64,000 bases of DNA from Gammaproteobacteria bacterium (GCA_030590945.1 JAUVBY010000001.1:167-64166), one strand, 5' to 3'; counted from the stretch's first letter, positions 33,545-43,213 are shown. Notes: generated by a model from the letters alone, not told the origin. Numbers and translations: made by a program.

Positions 33545-35112
33545 GGTTTCATTTGTTCGCGGGGCAGGCGAATATCAAAGTTGGCGCGAAGGCGGGCATC
33601 GAGTTTTTCGCTGATATGTTGCGGAAAATGGCTGGCCAGAATTTCCCGGGTTTTTACTCTGGCTGGCACGTTTATCGGTTGAGAACCCATTTCCTTCCAA
33701 AGGTCTGGCGGAAATCGATTACCCACCTCCGGGTAAACGTAATCTTTTAACATTCTTGATAAGGTGGATTCATGCGAGAGAAAATGCTCGGGACCATTGA
33801 GGCAAACATCTTCGATAGTTTTGAGCGCCAGCGTGTCGTCGTCAATTTCAATGCCACGTACGCTGCGATTAATGGCGCCAAGCATATCATTGTCCAGCGT
33901 GCAACCTTCAAAGCTGAAGCCCAGCAGGCTCGCTTGCATGCCTGCCGCTTCATAGACCATATTGGCACCGCTGTGCCCGGCCAGAGCGAGGGTATAACCC
34001 TTCTCAAAGCCTGACTGCGCATCTGGAATTTTGGAATCGGCCATGCCGGCTGCGATGCCGGTCGGTAAATCATAATAACGTCCCATCTGGCCACAGGCCG
34101 CCATTAATATAGCCTGCTCTCCGCTACCACCACTCATGGCGCCGGTTCTCAAATCAGAGACGAATGGCCAGGGGCCGGCAACACAAGGGTGGCCGGGGAC
34201 CATGCTATTTACATAGGCCAGTGCGCCCAGCACTTCGGCCATTTCCTGAACAACTGCACCGGCGAGTGTGGCCGGACTGGTTGCCCCGGCCTGCCCGGCA
34301 GCAAGTAACAGTACGGGCATGCCACCATGCACTACAACCTCTAATACACGACAGGCATCTTCAGCAAATCGCAGGGGGGGGACCACAAAGCAGGACGACA
34401 TGCTAACAAACGGTCGCTCGCGCCATTTTTTTTCACTGCCCGCGATTTCGTGTAACATTTTGAGTGTTTGCTGTGCGTGTTCGGGTTCGACATAACTTAC
34501 CCCGACATGCTTCGTGGTACCTGATACCGAAGCGTAGGTAGTATTGAGATCCATCGCAGCGGGTTGCACAATATCTCTTGCCACCAGAGGGCGTTGAAAA
34601 AAGTGAATGTGATCCAGGCTGTCAACTAACCGTGCCGCGTCGTACAAATCCTGAATGGTCGAATCACGATAGGCACTCGCGTTTGGATAATCAGCATGGG
34701 TTTTCCAGTCATCGACAATATGCACGGCCGCGCCTGCGGTTCCAAAGTAGACTTTATTTCCACTCAAATGCAGGTCGTGTTTTTCTTCCTGGCCGTATAA
34801 GGTAATATTTCTTGCGGCAATATCGAGTGTTTTTAAAATTAGATCGCGCGGAAAGAGTAAACGGCCATCATCTGTATATTTTCCACCGGCCGCGGTCACT
34901 GTTTTAATACACGAGGGAATTACGCGGGAAAAGCCGACGTTCTCCAGCAAATCCAGAATGGCTTCATGGATGCGCTGCATATCTGCTTCAGTCAGAGGAT
35001 GAAAACGCCCCCCCGACTGGCCCGGATGAACGGCTTTATCTTCTTCGGCCAGTGGTGCTGCACGCAATGCACGACGGGCGACCCTACCGCCTGCTCTTTT
35101 AGATGCCATCAA
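33541..35112 (-). CDS. MttB-superfamily methyltransferase, non-pyrrolysine type (quaternary amine:corrinoid methyltransferase candidate)
   Basis: 523 aa with an uninterrupted frame and no in-frame TAG. The Arg-rich N-terminus is followed by ..PLTEADMQRIHEAILDLLENVGF.., with TIM-barrel-like MttB family resemblance throughout (recall). Confidence 0.75.
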   Translation of the reverse strand: MMASKRAGGRVARRALRAAPLAEEDKAVHPGQSGGRFHPLTEADMQRIHEAILDLLENVGFSRVIPSCIKTVTAAGGKYTDDGRLLFPRDLILKTLDIAARNITLYGQEEKHDLHLSGNKVYFGTAGAAVHIVDDWKTHADYPNASAYRDSTIQDLYDAARLVDSLDHIHFFQRPLVARDIVQPAAMDLNTTYASVSGTTKHVGVSYVEPEHAQQTLKMLHEIAGSEKKWRERPFVSMSSCFVVPPLRFAEDACRVLEVVVHGGMPVLLLAAGQAGATSPATLAGAVVQEMAEVLGALAYVNSMVPGHPCVAGPWPFVSDLRTGAMSGGSGEQAILMAACGQMGRYYDLPTGIAAGMADSKIPDAQSGFEKGYTLALAGHSGANMVYEAAGMQASLLGFSFEGCTLDNDMLGAINRSVRGIEIDDDTLALKTIEDVCLNGPEHFLSHESTLSRMLKDYVYPEVGNRFPPDLWKEMGSQPINVPARVKTREILASHFPQHISEKLDARLRANFDIRLPREQMKP

Positions 35113-35193
35113 TATTCATGATCCGTTTGTATAAAGAGCAGTATCTATTAATTTCTTTACGTGAGATTTAGTATTAGCGACGTGAAGTTAAGT

Positions 35194-35700
35194 TTACGCG
35201 GCGCCCTTGCTGCGAGCGAGCCCAGGCGAATGTCCGTACCGCGATTGGTAACAGGTGCAGAAATGGCTCGATGATTTAAACCCGCAGGCTAGCGCGGCCT
35301 CAATTATCTTTAGGTTGCTGTTTTGCAACAATTCATGTGCGGCATCGAGACGCAGTCCCAGGTAGTATCGGCCGGGCGTTATTTTAAGGTGGCGTTGAAA
35401 TAACCGTTCCATCTGACGTTTTGAGCTATGTATTAACCTGGCCAGTTCGTCCGGCATCAGAGGTTCTTCGATATTAGCCTCCATCAGCTCAACGCATTCC
35501 AGCAGTGCTGAGTGATTTGTGCCGATACGCGATTGTAAATTCATTCGCTGTGGTTCATGCGGTGTTCGTATTTGGGAGTGAATCATGCTGTCCGCAACCG
35601 AAGCTGCCAGTTCATGACCATGTTGTTGTTCAATCAGATACAGCATCATATCCATAGAAGCACTGCCCCCTGCACAGGTAATACGATTGCCCCTCTTTAG
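35194..35700 (-). pseudogene. 5'-truncated GlxA/GbdR/CdhR-type AraC regulator (only the tail of the DJ-1/GATase1-like domain plus the HTH domain remain)
   Basis: The frame opens just after a TGA at 35701-35703, only 12 nt from the betA stop. It reads LKRGNRITCAGGSASMDMMLYLIEQQHGHELAASVA.., which is the end of a GATase1-like domain, followed by a complete AraC HTH (..SSHFCTCYQSRYGHSP). About 170 N-terminal residues expected for the family are absent. A 153-aa product from the ATG at 35655 remains possible. Confidence 0.6.
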
Positions 35701-35715
35701 TCAATTGAATATAGT

Positions 35716-37380
35716 CTAGCGCTGGCAACTTTGATAATCCAGGTGATACCAGACCGGAACTTTTGTGGCAGGCAGGGGGGGCTTACCGAGAATCAGGTCA
35801 GCCGCTTTTTCTGCCACCATTATGGTCGGGGCATTGAGGTTGCCATTAGTGATGCTGGGAAAAATTGAAGAATCCACCACGCGTAAGGCGTCGATTCCAC
35901 GAACCCGACATTCACTGTCAAGCACGGCCATAACATCTTCGTCTGCCCCCATTTTGCAGGTGCACGAAGGGTGGTAGGCACTTTCTACGTTTTGTCTCAC
36001 CCAGGCATCAATGTCGTCATCGCTTTCGATATTTTCCCCCGGCTGAATCTCACCATTGTCAAAGGCCTGAAATGCGCTTTGTGACAGGATCTCGCGGGTC
36101 AGGCGAATGCAGGCCCGCCAGTCTTCGATGTCCTGCTGACTTGATAGATAGTTGAATTTTATTTCCGGGTGATCGTTTGGATTTGAAGAGTGAATACGTA
36201 CGTGTCCCCGACTGCCTGGTGTATTGGGTCCGACGTGGACCTGATAACCATGTCCTTTTACCGCCGCCTGCCCGTCATAGCGCATGGCTGCGGGCAGAAA
36301 ATGATATTGAATGTTCGGGGCTTTGAGGCCCGCACGAGAGCGAATAAAAGCGCACGATTCAAAATGATTGGTAGCCCCTAAGCCCGATTTAAATAACAGC
36401 CATTGTGCGCCGATCAGCGCTTTACTGAACAAACCCAGCTTGCTGTTGAGGGTGACGGGTTTTTTACATTGTATCTGAAAGTACACTTCCAGGTGATCCT
36501 GCAAATTTTCGCCTACCCCGGGTAGCTCCTTACGCACCTCAATGCCGGCTGCTTCCAGCACCGAACGCGGGCCGATACCCGATAGTTGCAGAAGCTGAGG
36601 AGACCCGATTGACCCTGCTGACAGGATAACTTCTTTAGTTGCTGTCGCTTGCTTAATTTTACCTTCGTGTTGAAACTCAATACCAGTAGCAGTATTTCCT
36701 TTGAACAAAATTTGTCGGCTGTGTACGTCCGTTTTCAGGTTTAGATTGGGCCGCTTTAGCGCAAGCCTGAGATGCGCAGAACTGGTGTTGGCGCGCACTC
36801 CGTCCTTGACGGTCATATGCATCGGACCAAAGCCTTCCTGCTGATAGCCGTTATAATCCTCAGTGAGAGGGTAACCTGCCTGGTGTCCGGCATGAATAAA
36901 GGCCTGGTAAAGCGGGTTGAGTTTCATGTGATTACCATTGCAGGTACCCACCGGGCCACTACCACCACGATACACATCTTCTCCGCCTTCCCAGGTTTCC
37001 GATTTTTTAAAGTAGGGCAGGCAGTCCTCATAGCTCCAGCCTTTTGCTCCCTGAGCTTCCCATTGATCAAAATCATCCGCATGGCCACGCACGTATACCA
37101 TACCATTTATGGATGAACTGCCCCCCAGCACTTTTCCGCGAGGGCAATGCAATGATCGATTGTTAATGCCCGGCTCGGGCTGGCTGTAAAACTGCCAGGT
37201 GAAACGGTCCATGTTCATCGGGTAGGACAAAGCCGTCGGCATACGGATGAGAATGTGCTTATCCGAGCCTCCTTTTTCGAGCAGCAATACGCTGTGTTCA
37301 CCGCTTTCGGTCAGGCGATTCGCAAGGATGCAACCCGCTGAGCCCGCACCGACGATGATGTAGTCATATTGTTCAGACAT
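35716..37380 (-). CDS. betA: Choline dehydrogenase (GMC oxidoreductase)
   Basis: 554 aa. The N-terminus is [24 protein letters not shown] signatures are present, and the ORF shows full-length BetA-like sequence. It is adjacent to betB. Confidence 0.9.
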   Translation of the reverse strand: MSEQYDYIIVGAGSAGCILANRLTESGEHSVLLLEKGGSDKHILIRMPTALSYPMNMDRFTWQFYSQPEPGINNRSLHCPRGKVLGGSSSINGMVYVRGHADDFDQWEAQGAKGWSYEDCLPYFKKSETWEGGEDVYRGGSGPVGTCNGNHMKLNPLYQAFIHAGHQAGYPLTEDYNGYQQEGFGPMHMTVKDGVRANTSSAHLRLALKRPNLNLKTDVHSRQILFKGNTATGIEFQHEGKIKQATATKEVILSAGSIGSPQLLQLSGIGPRSVLEAAGIEVRKELPGVGENLQDHLEVYFQIQCKKPVTLNSKLGLFSKALIGAQWLLFKSGLGATNHFESCAFIRSRAGLKAPNIQYHFLPAAMRYDGQAAVKGHGYQVHVGPNTPGSRGHVRIHSSNPNDHPEIKFNYLSSQQDIEDWRACIRLTREILSQSAFQAFDNGEIQPGENIESDDDIDAWVRQNVESAYHPSCTCKMGADEDVMAVLDSECRVRGIDALRVVDSSIFPSITNGNLNAPTIMVAEKAADLILGKPPLPATKVPVWYHLDYQSCQR

Positions 37381-37391
37381 AACCGCATGAA

Positions 37392-37512
37392 CCTCCCCCT
37401 TTAATAAAGGGGGATAGAGGGGGATTTGCGCGAAGTTGGTAATCTGTATTCAATTTTATTAATTAGATAAACCTGCAAATCTCCCCCAACCCCTCTTTGT
37501 TAAAGAGGGGAG
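37392..37512 (-). mobile_element. MITE-like element X (inverted orientation relative to 53714..53831)
   Basis: Its reverse complement shares both roughly 37-bp termini with element Y, with 1-2 mismatches each (CTCCCCTCTTTAACAAAGAGGGGTTGGGGGAGATTTG ... CAAATCCCCCTCTATCCCCCTTTATTAAAGGGGGAGG). The cores are unrelated. Each terminus contains a hairpin. The element sits 11 nt upstream of the betA ATG. Confidence 0.75.
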
Positions 37513-37559
37513 CTTAACAGCTAGTTCATGATTCAAGAGGTAACCCGCTGCGACAGTCA

Positions 37560-39017
37560 TCAATATGGCCGCTCCATCGGTTCCAACTGCACGTAAACAC
37601 TCTTGGTTTGCGTGTATTTGTACAAAGTCTGAATACCATTCTCGCGCCCAATGCCCGATTCTTTGTAACCCCCAACCGGCATTTCGGCGGGCGATGCCCC
37701 CCAGGCGTTGATCCAGCAAATGCCCGATTCCAATTCGGCGATAACCCGGTGCGCGCGGCTGATATCGCGCGTAAAGACGCCCGCTGCAAGGCCATATTTA
37801 GTGTCATTGGCTCGTTTTAGAACCTCAGTTTCATCACTGAAGCGTAACACCGCCATCACCGGGCCGAAGATTTCATCTCTTACATTTGGCATGTCATCGT
37901 GGCAGTCTATAAATACGGTAGGCTGCACGAACGCACCTCTATCAAGGCCATGATCCAGTACGCGTTTTCCACCGCACAACAGGCGTGCCCCGGCCGCTTT
38001 CGCTGCATCGATATAACCTAGCACTTTTTCCATATGTGCCTGCGAAATCAGAGCGCCGACCTGCGTATTAATATCCAGCGGGTCACCGATGATCATCGCT
38101 TCGGTGCGGATTTTTAATTCAGCACAAAATTCGTCGTAGAGTGCGTCCTGTACGAATACCCGGGTGCCGTTCGTACACACTTCGCCCTGAGTATAAAAAT
38201 TGGCCAGCATTGCAGCAGAAACTGCGCTATCGAGGGGTGTATCATCAAAAATAATCAGCGCGGATTTTCCGCCCAGTTCGACGGTTACTTCCTTGAGGTT
38301 TACTGAGGCAGCAGCCATTACTTTTTTACCGGTTTCACACTCTCCGGTAAACGAGATTTTAGCAATGCCCGGGTGTGCAGTCAGCATCTGCCCGACGAGC
38401 GCATCGCCCTGCACAATATTAAATACACCGTCCGGAACGCCTGCTTCGGTATATATCTCAGCGAGTTTTAATGCTGTTAAAGGTGTTTCTTCAGAGGGTT
38501 TAAATACCATAGCGTTACCCGCCGCCAGTGCAGGGGCCGATTTCCACATCGCGATTTGCATAGGATAGTTCCAGGCACCAATGCCGGCGCATACGCCCAA
38601 TGGTTCCTGGCGCGTATAGAAAAAATCACCATTACCCAGGTCCTGGTAGCTGCCTTCAATTTTTCCAGCCAGGCCAGCATAATATTCGATTACGTCGGCG
38701 CCGGTCTGGATATCCACGCAGTTGGCTTCCTGCAAAGGCTTGCCGGTGTCCCTGACTTCAAGTTCAGCCAGTTCATCATTGCGATCACGCAAAAGTTCTA
38801 CAGCCCTGCCCAGGATACGACCACGTTCCGCGCCCGGCATTGCAGCCCAGATTTTCTGTCCCCGATGGGCAGATTCAACCGCCATATCGACATCTGCCTG
38901 TGAAGCGAGTTGTACCTCGGCCAGGATCTCCCCGGTGGCGGGATTGGTACTGCGAAAAATCTCGCCTGAAGTGGCATTGACATTCCTGCCATTGATATAC
39001 AGCTTCACGTTTATCAT
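37560..39017 (-). CDS. betB: Betaine aldehyde dehydrogenase
   Basis: 485 aa ALDH-superfamily protein with VELGGKSA and the catalytic region [10 protein letters not shown]. It is BetB-like across its full length and sits immediately upstream of betA. Confidence 0.9.
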   Translation of the reverse strand: MINVKLYINGRNVNATSGEIFRSTNPATGEILAEVQLASQADVDMAVESAHRGQKIWAAMPGAERGRILGRAVELLRDRNDELAELEVRDTGKPLQEANCVDIQTGADVIEYYAGLAGKIEGSYQDLGNGDFFYTRQEPLGVCAGIGAWNYPMQIAMWKSAPALAAGNAMVFKPSEETPLTALKLAEIYTEAGVPDGVFNIVQGDALVGQMLTAHPGIAKISFTGECETGKKVMAAASVNLKEVTVELGGKSALIIFDDTPLDSAVSAAMLANFYTQGEVCTNGTRVFVQDALYDEFCAELKIRTEAMIIGDPLDINTQVGALISQAHMEKVLGYIDAAKAAGARLLCGGKRVLDHGLDRGAFVQPTVFIDCHDDMPNVRDEIFGPVMAVLRFSDETEVLKRANDTKYGLAAGVFTRDISRAHRVIAELESGICWINAWGASPAEMPVGGYKESGIGRENGIQTLYKYTQTKSVYVQLEPMERPY

Positions 39018-39190
39018 AAATTAATTAGGGGTGCCCATGTGTCCAGGCAGGAACAGGGTTTGATTGCTTCATTTGCTTGCAGACGCGAGGCCAATTCCGA
39101 AAAGTACAAACATGCTGCCACCAGCACGCCGGGTCCCGGGCTCAATATGGTTGCCGTTGCGATCACTATAAATAGAAGATATGGTTCCAT
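39014..39190 (-). pseudogene. 58-codon remnant resembling the N-terminus of a LysE/RhtB-family exporter
   Basis: My own translation is MEPYLLFIVIATATILSPGPGVLVAACLYF.., which carries the LysE-type SPGP motif, followed by unrelated sequence. Its TGA overlaps the betB ATG (ATGA). It is below the ORF-track length cut-off. Confidence 0.3.
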
Positions 39191-39464
39191 TTTATTTTGA
39201 GCCCTGGTGTTGCCTTGATGTCACGGACAAAAGATTCTATCACCGTAAGCATGGCGAGAAAAGTGTGGTTGCAGTTATGGTGACACCGTATGCGGTATAC
39301 ACAACCAAAAAACCGGGTGGACTGTTCTATGTATTTAAAACGCTTTTACCGGGTGATTTCCCTTTTGACGACGAATGGGCACACCGGGCCTGCCGCGCGG
39401 ACATGAATACATTTTGAAGGGGTTGCACTTTTCGCGCCTCTGGCCCCGCTGCAACGTTAGTTCG

Positions 39465-41222
39465 TTACACGAATAAAACATAACCCCCAACCACGATTAG
39501 CCCAATTCTTAATAAAATGGCTTTGGGTGCGATTATGCCAAAAGAAATCATTGCCAGCGCGATTGCCATTTTTACGCCGCTTATTAATGCTGGTATCGCT
39601 GCGCTCTCCAGCTCTATGAGCGTCGGATTGGCAATCATACCCAGGGGGATCAAATAAAGGCCAATGCCCAATGCCATGGCTGTGCCCGCCACTTTTAGCC
39701 AGTTTTCTTCCACCATGCCGGCGGCGATAAACACCGCACCGCACACCGGGGGGGTAATGGTGCTCAACAGGGCGAACCAGAAAATAAACAGGTGCGCTTG
39801 CAAGGGGGCTAATCCCAGATTAATTAACGCCGGGCCTGCAACCGAAACACAGATCACGTAGGCCGCAGTGGTGGGTACTTCCATCCCCAGAATCAGGCAG
39901 GCGAATGCGGTCAGTAGCAGTGCCGGCCATAGCTGGCCGCCCGAACCGGATAGTATCAGCGAAGTAATTTTTACGCCCAGGCCGGTAATGCCCAATACCC
40001 CGATAATGATTGAGGCGCACAGGATGATTGAGGCAATAGTGGCAATCTGCAAACCGCTGTTGATGCAGACGGTTTTCAGCCGCATCAGACTACGTTCTGT
40101 ATCAAAGCTAAACTGGCTGTCAACCAATAATAGAACTGCGCCTGCAATGATTGCCAGACTGGCGGCATATTGTGGCGTCAAACCGGCTACGAACATCCCC
40201 CAGAGCAATACTGAGAACGGCAACAGGAAAAAACCGGAGGTGACCAGTACATCCCGTAATCCGGGTTGTTGATCTGAAGGTATGGCCTTGAGATCATATC
40301 GCCCGGCATAAGCATCAATGCCAACCCAGACCGCGAAAAAATAAAGCAGGGCGGGTAGCAGTGCTGCCATCATAATGCTGGTATAGGGAACGCCGGTAAG
40401 CTCTACCATCACAAAGGCGCCTGCCCCCATTAGTGGCGGCATAATCTGGCCTCCTGAAGAAGCGACTGCCTCTACCGCCCCGGCCAGCGACCGGGGATAA
40501 CCCAGCCGCGTCATAGCGGGCAGTGTAATCGCGCCCGTCGAAGCGACGTTGGCAGAAGCAGAGCCCGAAATGGAACCAAACAGCGCAGATGAAATGACCG
40601 ATACTTTTGCGGCACCGCCGCGTAATCGTCCTGCCGCTGCCGCCGCTACATTCATAAACCCCTGTCCGGCTTCACCGCCATTCAGAACGGCGCCAAAGAT
40701 CACGAAAATAGCCACGATACTGACGGAAATACCGGTTAGCTTTCCCCATATCCCACCTTCAGCAATAGTTAGTGTTCCGAGGAAACTCGCGATGGGTGTG
40801 CCCGGGTGGCCGAATTCGCCCGGGATATACTGCCCCCACAAGCCATACGCCAACGCGATGAGTGCGACCAGCGGCAGAGGCCAGCTGATGGCGCGCCGTG
40901 CCATCTCCAGGGTGATTAACAACAGCGCAATTGCAATTACATGCTGATAAGCGTCTGCCAGATATCCATACTGGTCGCCCAGCATAGACTGATTGAAGAC
41001 GATCCAGAGGCAGGCCGCCAGCCCGGTAATGCACAGCAGAATTCCGGTCAGATACTGCGTTCGAGTTGTCGCGATATATATCAGCACCCAGGGCAAGGCC
41101 AGGGCCATGTGCAGAGGCCGGCTGACCAGGTTGGGAACCAGGCCGGAGAAAATCAGCCAGAGGTGGAACACGATTGAGATAAGGCCAAGTAGTGGCCAGC
41201 CCCATCGTGAAAACTGAATCAT
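39465..41222 (-). CDS. TRAP transporter fused permease (TAXI-type)
   Basis: 585 aa polytopic membrane protein, immediately downstream of a TAXI-family binding protein gene. Confidence 0.8.
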   Translation of the reverse strand: MIQFSRWGWPLLGLISIVFHLWLIFSGLVPNLVSRPLHMALALPWVLIYIATTRTQYLTGILLCITGLAACLWIVFNQSMLGDQYGYLADAYQHVIAIALLLITLEMARRAISWPLPLVALIALAYGLWGQYIPGEFGHPGTPIASFLGTLTIAEGGIWGKLTGISVSIVAIFVIFGAVLNGGEAGQGFMNVAAAAAGRLRGGAAKVSVISSALFGSISGSASANVASTGAITLPAMTRLGYPRSLAGAVEAVASSGGQIMPPLMGAGAFVMVELTGVPYTSIMMAALLPALLYFFAVWVGIDAYAGRYDLKAIPSDQQPGLRDVLVTSGFFLLPFSVLLWGMFVAGLTPQYAASLAIIAGAVLLLVDSQFSFDTERSLMRLKTVCINSGLQIATIASIILCASIIIGVLGITGLGVKITSLILSGSGGQLWPALLLTAFACLILGMEVPTTAAYVICVSVAGPALINLGLAPLQAHLFIFWFALLSTITPPVCGAVFIAAGMVEENWLKVAGTAMALGIGLYLIPLGMIANPTLIELESAAIPALISGVKMAIALAMISFGIIAPKAILLRIGLIVVGGYVLFV

Positions 41223-41283
41223 TGTGAAATGGCCAACGGCCGGACTTGCACTGCCTGAGTGATGTCCGACCGCGCGACGGGTT

Positions 41284-42237
41284 TTACATTTGATCTGCTG
41301 TTAAGCTAAATCCCGCTTCTTGGTAATACTTCGCAGCGCCTGGATGAATCTTCCCTTTGATATTCACCATCAGGTCTTTATCAACCGCGTTCCACCAGGC
41401 AGCGGCTTCGCCCATACTTGCCTTTTGAGACCAGTAGGTTTTAGTCAGTGCGTAAGCGGTATCGTCATCCATCTGGGTGGTTGTGTAAGCCACCACGGGT
41501 AAAGACGTGGTTGTAATGTCTTCGCTCTGCCCCGCGTAGGTGCCTGCAGGTATGATCAGACGAGTACGCTTGCTCGCTGTGATTTGCTCGTCATTCAGCG
41601 ATAGCACGCGGACGCCGGTTCCGGCAGCTGCCTCGATTACGTTCGGAGCCGGATAGGATCCGGCGGTGACAAAACCATCGATCTGACCATTTTTAAGTGC
41701 TGGCCCGGCATTTGAAAGCTCAACTTCGGCCAGTGTTACCTTGCCTTCAAGACCGAACAGCTTAAGGTATTTTGCGCCTTCTTTGGCGCCGAAAGAGCCT
41801 TTGCCCAGCAGTATTGTCTTGCCTTCCAGCCCTGCAAAATCAGTTACGCCGCTTTTCTCGCTCATGACAAAATGCATGGTCAGAGAAGGAATAGGGAACA
41901 AAGCTCGAATATCTGCAAATTTTGGGTTTTGCTTGTCCTTGAACATGGCTTTACCGGCCTTTGCAAGCTTCACCAATACCGGGGGTGTGGTAAACACATA
42001 GTTTCCAGGTCGAACTGCGGACTCCATGACGTTTTGCACCGAGCCCTGGCTTTCCTCTACCGTCACGATGATACCGCCTGATGAACCTGCCTTCATGGCC
42101 TCGGCAATTTGTACCGCCATTTGATAGTAGGATGAGGTGGTTTTGGCTGATTTATACGTCACGCGTGTTTCAGCAGAACTCGTATTGACCATCAACAAGC
42201 CGATAGTTATCAACCCAATTAGTTTAAATCGTTTCAT
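41284..42237 (-). CDS. TAXI-family TRAP transporter solute-binding protein
   Basis: 317 aa with a signal peptide (..NTSSA|ET). Its TAXI/immunogenic-protein-like sequence includes a C-terminal ..IHPGAAKYYQEAG. Confidence 0.8.
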   Translation of the reverse strand: MKRFKLIGLITIGLLMVNTSSAETRVTYKSAKTTSSYYQMAVQIAEAMKAGSSGGIIVTVEESQGSVQNVMESAVRPGNYVFTTPPVLVKLAKAGKAMFKDKQNPKFADIRALFPIPSLTMHFVMSEKSGVTDFAGLEGKTILLGKGSFGAKEGAKYLKLFGLEGKVTLAEVELSNAGPALKNGQIDGFVTAGSYPAPNVIEAAAGTGVRVLSLNDEQITASKRTRLIIPAGTYAGQSEDITTTSLPVVAYTTTQMDDDTAYALTKTYWSQKASMGEAAAWWNAVDKDLMVNIKGKIHPGAAKYYQEAGFSLTADQM

Positions 42238-42367
42238 TTTTACTCCTCTGGAACAAATAGTTTTAAGTGTTGTTTAAGCTGTTGCTAAATTTAGCGGTGC
42301 TAGTATTACACATACTGAGCAGCCTTGCGCTGGTTGTGCGCTTGCGTAGCACTCTTTTTCAAGAGCC

Positions 42368-43213
42368 TTAGCTATCCGGGGGAAATTCTCCGTTTTGAAT
42401 TTCTCGCCAGGTCTGTGCGATCTCTTCCCGGGTATTCATCACGAAAGGCCCTGATCTTACGATGGGTTCGTTATTGGGCTGCCCGGCTGCGAGCAGTACG
42501 CGCGCGTGGCCATCTGATTGCAAAAGTAATTGTTCACCTGGCGTGAGCACAGCGAGTGAGGGTGCCGGGATAGGGGTTGTGCTGCCCGTGTCGTTGATGA
42601 GTTCAAGCTTGCCGGAGTAGACATATATAAAGGCGTTATATTCCGGGGGCAGAGAAAGCTCGAGTTGCCCTGCGCCCATGGCGATGTCAGCATAAATGGG
42701 TTGGGTGCTGACGTGGCTGATTGTGCCTTGCTGGTCAAGCAGTTCGCCGCTTATCAGACGGATAAAGTGGCCGGCGTGCCCAAATATTTTTATTTCACTC
42801 GCGGGGTACTCCTGGTATTCAGCCTTCTTCATCTTGTCTTTGGCCGGCAGGTTTACCCATAGCTGAAAACCATCAAGTTTACCGTCGGCCACTTCAGGCA
42901 TTTCTTCGTGCATGATGCCGCGGCCTGCGCTCATCCATTGCACGTCCCCTGCTTCAATAGTACCACTGTGCCCGGTACTGTCTTTATGACGAATGCGGCC
43001 TTCCAGCATATAGGTGACGGTCTCGATACCACGATGCGGATGTAAAGGAAAACCTGCAATAAAGTCATCGGGATTGTCTGAGCCAAAATGATCCAGCAGC
43101 ACAAAAGGATCAATGTTATCCAGGCCGGCAACCGGAAAGTAGCGTTTGAGTTTTACCCCTGCACCATCCTGTGCGATGGTGGGGGGGTGAATGGATTGTA
43201 TGTCACGGTTCAT
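42368..43213 (-). CDS. Pirin-family protein
   Basis: 281 aa bicupin with the metal motif GFPLHPHRGIETVTYMLEG. Confidence 0.85.
   Translation of the reverse strand: MNRDIQSIHPPTIAQDGAGVKLKRYFPVAGLDNIDPFVLLDHFGSDNPDDFIAGFPLHPHRGIETVTYMLEGRIRHKDSTGHSGTIEAGDVQWMSAGRGIMHEEMPEVADGKLDGFQLWVNLPAKDKMKKAEYQEYPASEIKIFGHAGHFIRLISGELLDQQGTISHVSTQPIYADIAMGAGQLELSLPPEYNAFIYVYSGKLELINDTGSTTPIPAPSLAVLTPGEQLLLQSDGHARVLLAAGQPNNEPIVRSGPFVMNTREEIAQTWREIQNGEFPPDS

Noticed and set aside
33541-35112. Pyrrolysine (UAG) recoding in the MttB-family gene, or selenocysteine in the hydrogenase large subunit.
   Set aside because: The MttB-like frame is continuous with no in-frame TAG. The HynL C-terminal motif is DPCIACAVH with Cys codons and no in-frame TGA.
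39181-39417. 78-aa plus-strand ORF in the permease-betB gap.
   Set aside because: It has no Shine-Dalgarno sequence, an odd Cys/Trp/Phe-rich composition and no motif, and it is antisense to the operon direction. I treat it as non-coding.
42238-42367. Sigma54-like sequence (TAGCAC...TTAGCA on the minus strand) upstream of the TAXI binding-protein gene.
   Set aside because: The spacing between the GC and GG elements is about 8 nt rather than the canonical 5, and the -24 GG is missing.
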